Positions 50,394 to 62,136 of a stretch of 64,000 nucleotides of DNA are shown in pieces. The first letter of the stretch is position 1. Every line of letters begins with the position of its first letter. A model generated the notes under the pieces. That model saw only the letters and a list, made by a program, of their open reading frames with translations, was not told where the DNA came from and searched no databases. This stretch comes from Amoebophrya sp. A120 (lineage: Eukaryota; Protista; Dinoflagellata): positions 8,810,449-8,874,448 of the forward strand of contig CAJINV010000005.1 in NCBI GenBank assembly GCA_905178155.1. Direction: 5' to 3'. The translations under genes and the position numbers were made by a program.

Positions 50394-51508
50394 CGTCCTC
50401 GTTGAATGTGCTATAACAAATTCAGCAAAAATCTAAAGGTGTTTCAACTTTAGGAAAAGGAAAATAAACCAGGCTCCTGTGAGCGGAGAAGAGAACTTTG
50501 CTGCAGCAAAGCAGGATGTTCTTTGGAGGATTGTAACTGTCTCTAGTGTCTAAAGAAATCAATCATGAATTCAGTCTAGCAACTTGGTGATATCAAATTA
50601 GAAGTCATTTTCAAGTGAGAGTAGCCTCGATGAGGGGCCAAAACACTGCCAAGATGAAAAAGAAAATTATACGCATCGGATTTACAAGATTCGAAAAAAG
50701 TCTAAATAGAAATGGTGCAAGCAATATCGTAAAAAGCCAGCAAACCCTAATTCGCTTTCGCCATTGCACCGACGTCAAATTTTTGGCACCACCAGACACC
50801 GCATCGACGGCACCATGTTTGCTTTGTCCAGCATACTCAAACCGAATGGTGCGGATAGAGAGGAAGACATGCGTTTTGGTGTTCGCAACCGATCATGTTG
50901 ATGGAGGACAACCCCTCTTTGAGTTTGTCTTGACATGACAGCATGCATGCTGGATCTTGGAAAATGTCTCTATTACCGAATGAGCCAGCGATTATGGAAG
51001 TTTTGGTTTTCTACTTAAACAGCCAAAGAAATATACTCGAAAAAGACAGATGCGCTGGGAGGAGGTTTTTCAACCGAACAAGAGAAGGAACTTCACTGAA
51101 ATCAATGCACCGTCACCGAAACCTCCAGGTACTACAGTGTATGAGGATAAAGTGCTCGATTCTTGCTACGGATAGAGCCGATCTGCTTGTTAGGATACTT
51201 TGAACAACAAAGCACGCCGCACATGCAACGTCCAGTATCGTGCCCGCGGGCAACGTGATCGGCCATCCTTCCTGGTGGCGTTCTTACTTTTCTTACCTGT
51301 GACAGCGTAGTGCCCACTTCTTAAACAACATACTGCTGATTCATTCTGGCGAAGAATTCAAAATCGAAAAAATCTCAAGAAACATAATATACAAGAAACA
51401 AAGGCGTGATGTATTTTGTAGTACTGCAGCGAAAGTTCTTCTATGCGAAAAAAAAAGTCCTAAATTAATGTACACGCGATCCAATCCTCCTCCTCGTCCA
51501 TACTCTAA

Positions 51509-54500
51509 TTAAACCCGAGCCAAAAACCACTCCCGCCACATATCGTTTGAAAAGTACATGAACAAAACGTCCGGAAAAATATTTTCAAACCTGGAAAGAA
51601 AATATTGCGCCCCGGGCACAATCCCGAACGCGTCCGGGATCAAGTCCGGAAGGCACCCACCCACGAAGAACTGCAGCGGGCTGCAGGAAACTTGTCGGTA
51701 AATCAACGGGTTCTTGCAGGTTGGATAGAGAAGATCTTCTTCGTCTTCTCCTGACGAGGTAGTTGCTCCACTTGGTGTTCTCGCTGAAAAGGCCGCGTTA
51801 TAATTCGGTGCAGTCAACTCCGTCATGGTAGCGGTGCTGTAGTCTCCAAACATGAATCGTTGCACCTCTAGCTGCTTCGCGATTTCGTAGTCCTCGGGGT
51901 TGATAAACTCCAGGCTGTAAAACGGGTTTTTAGTGTAGTCGTAGAATTCCTCCTGGTAGTCGAATAATGCATCGCTACTTCCATCTCGTCCTTCCGGTGC
52001 TTGTGAACTAGCGGCCCCACCTGTTGTGCTATCGTACATCGCGTGTCGCATCTGCATCCGCCGGGCTCGGTTTAGGAGCAGACTGGTGGATTCGTAGTTA
52101 CTGTTGAATGAAAAACTGCTATTATCCGACACATCCTTCCTCCCGGTTATTAAACTCCAAAACCGGTTCGCGACCCGTTGCGTCCTCCCCCTTTGCGCCG
52201 CCGTTTTCACTTCGTTTTTCCTCTTTATCATCAGCACATTTTTCCGCATCTCTATGAAAGTGCACAGCTCCCCCTCCCCCTCATTTGTATTGCATGAACA
52301 GCAATACAAGCGTCAGCATGAATACACGTTTTGCACGACAAATTTGAAAAGGAATGTAGTACTATTTGGGCCGCTTCCAGAACTTGTCATGCAAACAATG
52401 CCAAGAGCCGAGGTGTTGTAAATTAGATATTTTGCATGACAAATGAGGGCGAAGGCAAGTTGTGCACTGTCATAGTCTCTTTCGCCCGTTTACTTGCGGC
52501 GGCGGTGCTGTAGTCTCGGAAGAGGAGGCATCAAATGCGAAAGTGTCTGGGTCTGGAAGATTGCTAGGTTTGTCATGCAGGTTTTCCATGACCCACGCGG
52601 TCTGGCATGCACGGCCTAGCATGACAGGTTCTGTGAGATCTCTATCATGCCTTTTCTGCATGAGAAACTGCCTCTAAATTTGTGCAAAAGTGGACCTCTC
52701 TTGGTAATCATGCAACACAAATTTTTCCACGATCGAGATGTAGCATGACAAGTTACACTCTTCCAGACCCAGACGCTTTTGCAATCCATAGAAGGCCGGT
52801 GGAGGAGGAAAATCTACTCGATGCTGTTGATGGTGTGGAAATGAAGGAAAAAGTTTCCACCGCAAACAGTAAAAAGATCAACACCGAGAAGTAGAGGAAG
52901 ACTTTGAAGAAGCTCGTCCAAGCCTGGAAACTCTGGTCGGATAACTGCCCAATTTCTTCCTCCGCGTCAAGGGTTGTACGGGTCATGTGAAGAGGACTTC
53001 CAACATGATCCTCGCGTTCTTTCAAATCCGCCGGCCGAAGCCTCTCGATCTTCGCTGCCTGCTCCTGCTCATCTACCGTTGGAGAATGTTGCTGTTCCTT
53101 GAAGCTGCGGTTTCTCGCTGTCAAACTGCCGCTTTGGCTGCCACTCTCTTTATTTTGCGCATCGTTCGCCGGAGCAGCATTGGCTGAGTTTCGAAGATCT
53201 ACATCTTCCTCCTCCCCGATAGAATCCACATCTTCCCGGGTAGTAGTAGAAGTTGCCTCCCGATGTAAATTATCGTGCAACTCTTTCAGCGCTTGCAGCT
53301 TTTGAGTCGTGCCTCGTGGCCGTTTATTTCCGCCAACAGCAGCATTTCCTGCTCCCGAAGAGGACTGCCTGATTTCGGGCAAAACCAACAGCATATTCTC
53401 CTCGTACCCGTCTCCCTGTGCAGCCGAAAATAAATTGCTTGATCTCCTCGACGACAATCTCGTGTAGCTGTCCTTCTGCATCGCCTCATGCAGTAATTTC
53501 AGCGCCGCAATGTTCTGCGACGTTCCCTTCGCGCGGTAGGACATGTCATTTTCTGTCTCTGTTAATCGCACCACCAAATCCGGAACTCCGTTGTTCGGAG
53601 ACTTTTTAAAAGTAGCCGGATCGTCGAAAACGGAGGCGAAAAGTTCTCTTGAGTGCTGGAGCTTCTCTTTGTATTTTTGCTGAAACGGCTGTAGGGCAGA
53701 AGCAGAAGGGGCAGAATGTTGAGCAGCTGGCGCAACAACTCCACCAGACGGCCCCACTGGAGCTCGTCCACTCTGTCGTGTAGCTGCTGCGGCTGTAGTC
53801 GTTCGATCCTGCTGTAACAGAGGTTGTCCTTCCTGGCTGTTCCTATCTTCTAGATAAGTTGAATACAGCCTACTTCCACGACTGCTCTCCTCGTTGTTCT
53901 CGATTGTGAACTCCGGGACAATTCGGTAGTAGTGACCATTCTTGCCACCTGCTCCGGGTGAAGTGACAGTAGCGACCCCATTTATCCCTGTCGTCCTTGT
54001 CGGCCAGTCCAAAACAGAGCTCCCCCGATTGGTTTTCACCGATCTACCAGCACCCACGACTGTAGAAGAAGCAGGAACAGGACCACCGCGTTCTTTATTT
54101 CTTCCCTCCTTCACCGTCGGACTTCTGCCCCGCAAGTGGAGAAAGTTTTCGTACTCCAACCCTTCATCATCATCCTGAAACAAGGGTAACAACGAATTCT
54201 GCTGGTTCAACATCGGAGGAGCGGTAGTTGTTGTACCTGCTCCAGTTCCATTATACGCAAATAGTAAATCATTGTCTCCTCGCTTTCTGTCGATCGAAAA
54301 TCGTTCGTCCCGTGCTAAGGATTTCTGCAATTGCCTGTTGTAATACCGGCTGTCTAGTCCTCGGTTGTAATTGATGTTCAAATGGTCATCTTCACCCTGT
54401 TGGTCCGCCATCGCTAAAAAATTCCGCTGGGTCTGCTCGTTCTCGAACTCCAGCAACCGCGCGGAATTTATCTGTTGGTTCACCGCGTCGTCGACACAGT

Positions 54501-57500
54501 AATTTGAAGATTGATCATGTTCCTGCATCTCGTACGTGTTTCCCATGTCTTCACTCGGCATCCCGCGCTCCAAATCTAGGTAGGAAAACCCCCTTTCCAA
54601 ATCAAACACGAACGTATCATACAGCCGATTCGCAATCCCCCGGACAAAGATGTCGCTCCTGCCGCCGCCGGTGGTAGTCGCGGCGTCTTCCAAAGCAAGC
54701 TTCACCGATTTGGTGACTAATTCGCCGATCGCGACAATGCGGAAATCTTGCTCCGGGCTGTTCGAAGTCCGACCGGTTGGAACTGTAGCATTTGTCATGC
54801 CGGTGATGCCTGTACCCAAGTTGCTGGAACTTTTCGCAGCTTGTTGGTACTTCAACAGCCATCCAGGTAGGGGAAGGGAAGCGGAATTCTTACCAGAACT
54901 AGGGGCTGTGGTTCTCGATGATACCAACTGTCTCGAGCTCAATTGCGAGCGCATAGACTCCAATTTCTTTGTGCGCGCTTTCATGGACATGGCGTGGGTT
55001 CGGTCAATGTTGTGTCCGTCGAAGATCTCTTCCAAATCCAAGTCAATCGCAAGTTTCGCTTTTTCCACCACCTCTGGACTGATAAAATCGTCCTGCTTTT
55101 GGGTTTGCTGCTCCGCCGGCTTTTGGTTCTGGGAGAACCTGCTTGTTTGTACCGTTGGAGACCCGGAGCGGGAATGCGGCTTCGTTCCAGCATTTCCATT
55201 TGACGTTTTCCTATGCCACGCCGTGAAAGCTTCCTCCGCCGCGTTTTGAATACAAAACCGGACGGATTCGCGAACTTGGGTCTCTACCTTCTGCCGCTCC
55301 TGATCGGTAAGGGATTTTCTGTTGTTCACAAAAGTGGACCTCCGGCCAAGGAAATCGTCGAGAAACATGGTGGATCTTTGTCTCACCGTAGCTGCGGGGC
55401 CCAGTATTAAAGAGTGAGAGGTGGAGGAAGAAGTTGTGGAAAATTTCTTGCTAGAGGCGTGTTTTCTACTGCTGCTCGTCTCGGTGTGTCTTTGATGTTC
55501 GGCGGAGTTGGTTGATGTACTTTTTGCAGATAATTCAACGTCGACGTCTTGTTGTTCAAGTCCCGATTGTTCTACCTCGGTAGTACTCGGTTTAATATTC
55601 GCAGATGTTCTTCTATCCTCCCCTTTCATGAACTTATCCAACTGCTTCAAAACGTGATCCACTTCTTCCAACTTCTTGTCCATTTTCGCAACAGCTTCTT
55701 GGGAAGAGTTTTTTTCCTGCTTTATTTCCTGCTGTTGGGCAAACGTCAGGTCCTTTTCAGCACTCTTCTCTGACGTCGTCGTCGTTTCCTGTTCATCCCG
55801 CATGACAGAGACATTTGATATCTCCGCAGGCGGGGGCGCCATTGATGACATTCTGTCCACCGCAACATCCGCGATTTTCAGTAATCGCTCCATGACCTGT
55901 GCCGCCATGTCGCTACTCGGCAGGTAATTTGCCAGCGTGCGGTGAATAACCCTTTCCAATTCCGCGGGGTTGGGACCGACGGCGATCTGCTGGATGAGTT
56001 GCTGGTTTTCCTGTCTTTGGGGGAGTGGCGTAGTTGGGGTTGCGCTTGTTTTTCCTACCTCTGCAAGAGCTTGTTGCTCGTCCGAACTCTTCGAACTCTC
56101 CGCAGGACCAGCCGCTGCTTGGTTCCCTTGTTTCCCACCCCCCGGCTGCGGAAGCGGCACGCCGGCAATCGCGGCGAAGTGCTGCAAGACCTTGTCTGCC
56201 TGCTCCGGCGACAAAATCGCTAAAACGATGTCCAGCTCGTCTTTCAAAGATTCCAAATCCATCCGTCCCTTATCAAATGCAAAAATGTCAGGGCCTGGAA
56301 ACTTGTAATGCTAAAAGTGAATGATAGACGCGCCACAGTACGCAGCTACGTATGACAAACTTTGTGGCTGCCATGTCTTACGTATTCCGCATGGCAAACT
56401 GCCTTTTCGCGTGACAGTTAAGAGGGCTCTTTCGTGCCTATGCAACACAGATTCTCGAGTCATGCCAGACAAGCATGACAAACTTGCATCCTTCCAGACC
56501 CAGACATTTTTGCACTTGATATCCCTGGCCCGCAAGCGACAGTCGGTCTTGCGCTTTCGCGAACGCTTTGTCGACCTCGTCTAAAGCGGTGTCCGCGATG
56601 TCCTTGGGAACTTCGTGTAGCGTTGTCCGCAACACGTCGATAATTTGACTCACGTGCTCCTCCGGGGTTAACGGGTCGAAGAATGTTACATCGTCCTCTT
56701 GCGGTGGTTTGCTGTTTATTTCCGGTAGTTGTCCAGCATGACCACCCAGAGGTTTATTTTGTACGACCATATTCGTTCTCGACTCCTGCGCTGGCGAACT
56801 AGGGCCGCTTTTTGCGTCGACGAAGAGGGAAGGGAAGGAACTTGTATTGCTGGCGTTACTAGTATCCCCAACAAGAGGAATCGCTGCTCCCAAAGGTGTT
56901 TTTTCCTGTCGTCGCGGCGTGGACAGTAAGCTAGTCGTCTGCGCGTCGGTCGAAATACCGTCCGCATCGTAGTTGTCAACATCATCTTGGATTCGTTCTA
57001 AGAAGAGATTTTCCTCTTCTTCATTCTCCACCAGTTCCGACACCAGCTTTTCCATGCGTTCCGCGGACTGAATCAACCTCAATTGTGAAGGGCTGTCCAC
57101 AATCTGTGCCGCGGACGCGGAGGACACGCTCGGACTGCTCGGGTTGGTGTTGTTCGCGAGATCGAACCCGCCAAATGCTTCCCGTGGCCGGCCGGATTCG
57201 GGCACGCCGGCTTTTGTCATCTCGGAATTCACGATCGATTTCCGCTTTTTCGTTGCGCCATTGAGCGACGTGCCACTCCCCTGTCCCCTTGATTCCCTGG
57301 CGAGTTTCGTCGCGCCCTCCAGCGCGATTAGACTGCCCATGCGGGATTTCAGCCGTTTCAGATGAAAAGCGGACGTGTGGGAGGCCTGCCTGCCCTCGGA
57401 GGTTGCGGCGGGGTCAGTTTCTTCAGGCACGATCGGAGCTTGTGGTTGGTGGGCGATGACGTTGGTCACCTCTTGTTGCTGGGAGGGAGTAGCGGATGAT

Positions 57501-60500
57501 GAAGATCCACCAGCACCCCCGCCGATTGATGTTGCAACTGGCTTTTTACTTTGGTCCTGCACAGGCGGCATCGCTTTGTTTTCGCTTGACAAGGTGCTCT
57601 TGACCCCCCGGGGAACGGAGGAGGACTTCGGCTTGATACTACTCCCTTGAGCCGCCACCTGCCGCTTCGAAGCGGAGATGTTCGGGGAGGGCTGGCGGCT
57701 GTTGGTCAAGCTGGAAGTTGTAATGGGCTTCGCTTTCGAACGTATCACCGGCGAGGCTTGCCTACTACTCGTGCTCCTGCTGTTGACAGCGGCACTCGTA
57801 CTGCGGGCCTTCTTCGAGGTAGAAGAGGAACTGCTTGCGGACCGGCTAAGTGGAGGAGAAATATTGCCAGTTGCTGCGCTGTTCATTCCACCGGGTTTAT
57901 TTGCAGCTATTGACTTATTTACCACCCCATCCTTGTGAAATACCGAAGCCGGGGAAGTCGGCCTGGTATGCGGCGCGCTTGTCCGACTGTGAATGCTTTG
58001 CGCCGTCGTTCTGGTTGAACTAGGCGCAGTCATTGCGGTGTTGGGGAGCTGGACTAAATCCATCGAAGTTGTCCTTGCTGCAGCGGTATACTCCCCCTGC
58101 ACTAAGGAGCTGCCACGGTCATTTGGTCGGTTCGGGTTCTGAAGGTTCGGCGCGGAACACTTACCCACTTGTGGTACAGCAACCACGCCAGCGGCTTTCT
58201 CGCGTGTAGTTCCCGCCGCGTTTATTCCAGGCGAGGACCGAGACCGCTGCTGCTCTTGCTTGAAAGTCTCTTCGTCTGCTTTTTGCTGCTTAATCGCATC
58301 CACGAGTTCCGTGCCGCGGCCGGGCAAATTTGACGCCATGTACTTTTCCACTTCCATTTTCGGTTCCGCCGTGTAGCCCTGCTGGATAAAAGTGTTGCGA
58401 ACAAGGTCGTCGCTCTCGTAATCATCTGCATCTTGTCCACGACCAGCAGATGCCTCGCCCCCGGAAGAGCCGCGGAGTCCTGACTCCACATACCCCTCTA
58501 TCGACATCCGCGGCATGCCCGAATACCCGTCCTGCACGACGGAATTATTCTTCGAATTAGTGGCGTTGGTCCCGATAGAAGAGCCTCGCTCTCGCAGTCC
58601 CGATTCCACATACCCTTCCACCGACATCCGCGGCATGCCACTGTACTCGTCCTGCACGATGGAGTTGCTGTTTGACCCCGATCGGGTTTTTTGCGACCTA
58701 GAATTCTCACCACTAGTCGTTCCTCTCCCACCCCTTGCCGCGGGCGAAAGTGATACATCGGGGGACGAATTTTCGAGACCATTTGTCATGCCGGAGGGGG
58801 ACTGGATAAATTGTTTCTGTTGCGACTCCTGCGTTTTCACTGGCGTTGGCGGCACAGTAGGGTTAGCAGTTGGCTTGATGTTTCCCAACGCCGTTGAGAC
58901 ATTCGACGTCGTGCTGACCCCCGACCGCGCAAAGCCGTACACCATATTCTGCTGCTCCTTCTTCTTGCGCGGGACGGGAACAGTGATGGAAGTCACCGGT
59001 GCTGTCGTCGAAGAAACTTCAGCTCCTCCTGTGCTAGTCGGTGCTGGCACGGGCCCATCTTCTTCTTCTTGCTCAGCGGGACTGTACGTTTCCGCAGCCT
59101 TTGCCTTGTCCGGCACACCAGCTGGTGGAAGCGTAGGAGGTGCAGCCGCCGGAGCAGTCCTTTCAATCTCGACAAAAGCCTCGTAACTGGCGCTCGTGCG
59201 GGAAACTTTCGGTTTTACCATGTACTCCCCTTGCACCATTGTCGTGGGCATCTGCCTCGTCGCGGAAACAGAAGTAGGACCACCCCCAGGGCTTCTCGCA
59301 GTAGACGTGGCACCAGGCTGCATGCCACGCCCTCTAATCGCCACGGGCACTTTGGAGGAGGTGGTCACTGCTTTTGCTTTCGTTTTCGCCGGGGCGGTAG
59401 CGGACCGAGAAAAAGTAACCACACCCGGTCGAGTACTCGTCGTTGTACTTGGTGTAGCAGTTGTAGTTGTACTAGCCGCTGCTGTACTGGCACCACCTCC
59501 TCCACCCGGTGGCCGGGCGCTTTTCGGCGTGACGAAAGAAACCTTTCTCTGAGTAGACGAGGACGGGGCGTTGGGAGATGAAGCTGCTGCCGCACGCTGT
59601 TGCGGAGGAGGAGATGCCGGCTTTGGAACGACGGATTGCGAAGGTTTTTTGATGGCTGCTGGCGACCCAGTAGTTGCAGCATGGCTCGCCACATTGTCCT
59701 CTTCGTTCATCAAATTCTCATAAGAATCCGGAAACAACACGGGAATCTCTTCCACTGCTTCTACTTGCTCCACGTTGGGTGGTGCTGAAAACAATTTCTC
59801 CTCCACATTCTCCACCTTCCGTTGCGGCTTGCTCGGGTCCTTATGAAGGACCGCCCGTTTCAGTCTGGGTGGAACACTGCCAGCCTGCTTGTTCGCCATA
59901 ACTCCCGGGTGAATTTTCAAGGGCTCGCGCGGCCGTCGTGCCGCGTCCGAATCGTGGTGGGCTCTGGGGCTTTGTGGCGGAGTCGAACCCGTTGCGCCGA
60001 CGCCTTTCTTCCGCGGAGGTTGCGGGGCGCCGGAAACGAAAATGACGCCGCCAGGTGCGTTTTTCCCCTTTTCCTTTGGAATCAACGGCCCGAGGCCCAC
60101 GTCTGACTGGAACCACGTCTTGGGTGGCATATTGGAGGCGGAAGACCCCGTCGGCTGCATGGCCTGCCCGATACCGCGGGAGGATAAAGAGCCCTGCTCT
60201 AGCGGGGTAAGGCGGTCCCTGTAAAGAAAGTTGTTGTTGTGCGGGGACGCAGTTTTATTGAGGTCTAGACGTCGAAGCCCAGGTGAAGATGCTGTTCCTC
60301 GGATGTCCAGGGTCGTGTCGCGATCGTCTTTGTGTAGTTGTGCTGTCAACTTCTGCGCAGCAGTAGTTCTTGCACCTCCGGTCTTCTGTGCCTCTTCTAG
60401 TACCTCGTCTTCCTGATTCAAGTTCAAGGAACTCGGGGGGAAATTATACAGAGCCTCTTCTTGCAAGACGATCTGTTGATCCTGCTCCTCGCCTTTTACC

Positions 60501-60958
60501 CCGATAATTGCCTCCGCAGCGCTGTCGCGTGCTGGTCTAATATCGTCGTCGTCCTCGTCCTCTTCCTCTCCAAGCTCCTTACTGGTGCAGCTCTTCCGGC
60601 TGCTTAGCCGCTTGAACCGGTTCACGGCCAAAAGCGCTTTGCTAGAAACGGAAATCCCAGGTGGTAAGCCTAAGCGGAACCGAATAGACTCACCGGCTTG
60701 GCGCAGCTGCTCCAACTGCTGACGAAGGATGTTCTTGTTGGAATTTGATGTTCGTCGTGTTTTCACTTCTAATCCTACTGGACTTTCTTCTCTTGGCCTT
60801 GTTTCTTGAAGATCGCCAGAAGTTGGGTTGCCGGTGTAGTAGTTGCTCGCTGCGAAATTCAACTGACTACGCTCTTCTAGTTCTCCTCTACTACCGCCGA
60901 CGTAGTTATTTTGCTCGATTTGCGGCAAAATAGACGTCGACCCACTAGTCGACGTCAT
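51509..60958 (-). CDS. Very large (~2900 aa) low-complexity protein with one TM segment near the C-terminus, function unknown, 4 exons
   Basis: Exons 60958-56522, 56270-52791, 52528-52475, 52252-51509 join in frame; hydrophobic FFKVFLYFSVLIFLLFAVETF. Confidence 0.8.
52253..52474. mobile_element. Introner family C
   Basis: TIR; TSD atctc/gtctc. Confidence 0.9.
52529..52790. mobile_element. Introner family A
   Basis: TIR; TSD ggagg/gaagg. Confidence 0.9.
56271..56521. mobile_element. Introner family A
   Basis: TIR; TSD tccct. Confidence 0.9.
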
Positions 60959-62136
60959 GGCGAGCGAAATTTGTCATGCGGAAACCACTACAGGAGAGGT
61001 GGCTTTGATGAGAAAAATCTTCGAGAAAACGGACCTCCACGCAGCCCGGTTGATGTCGTGGGGGCATGGTCAGAGTAGAGTTGAAAAATTTTTTGATTAC
61101 TTATGGAGAATTTGCTATTTGCGGATAGTCTTGTAGGGGGAAGGAAGAGGGTTTAGTTAATGTCACAAACTTGCGAGAGGAAACTAGTTTATCATGCGCG
61201 GGGGTACTACGACGTTTTGTCATGTGATATCTTCTTTCAGACTTCTGGGGCGGGAGAGACATTCATAAGGAAGTAGCACTGTAGAGGAAATTTTGCAAAA
61301 ACAAGAAAACTACTACGACCTCCTCGAGATTTGTTCCAAAAATCTTTGCAACACGACAAAATACTTATCCAGAGAACGAGTTTTGGACGACGGTCGTGTG
61401 GTATTGGCATTCCACAATCTTGACGTCGAAGGACGAAATCAAAGCTATATGCACGATGTTGAAAGTACTTCTGTGTCAGACCGAAAACGTTTACTTCTTA
61501 TACGCACGCAAACCGACACAACATGATGTTCTGATTTTGTGATGCTGCGTGAGACGCCATATCAGCATCTTCATACCGACCAAGTCTAGTCATCTCCTAG
61601 CCTGCTGGCTCTACAGAATCAATTCTACAGCACCGATGAAGTCAGTAAGAGGTCTTCACAACAAGGACGAAAGGAATCAAAATCAAAATGATGTACGAAG
61701 CACGGCATTTTTTCGTTCTTTCCTGCCGTAGTGGATATGGACGATTCAGATAAAAGACGTGACATTAGTACTTTAGGTATTTCATCCGTAGTACAAAGCT
61801 GCATCTACTACTGCTCCTACCATGATTCCACAAGTACAATACCACTGTTCTTTAGAAGATCATTTCAGTACATCAACGCCGTAGGTACTTTCACGAAAAA
61901 CTTTCTGACAGGACCAAGGGGCAGAAAAATGATCTGGAAGTATTAAAAACGCCGTCTTGATCTTGAGGGGACGAATACTTCTGTAGTGTTAATTAATTAT
62001 CAATGTGCTCCCCCGGAATGGTTGGATCATTTTTTCTTCTAGCTGGACAGCTGGAGGCCTACGCCTACGTGAATGGAGCTACAAATTCAACCCACACGTA
62101 TTTTCTTACCCTCCACTGCAGCCTCGACGAAACAAA

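Noticed and set aside
18819-60933. Plus-strand ORFs overlapping the long minus-strand exons
   Set aside because: Antisense shadows of GC-rich coding sequence.
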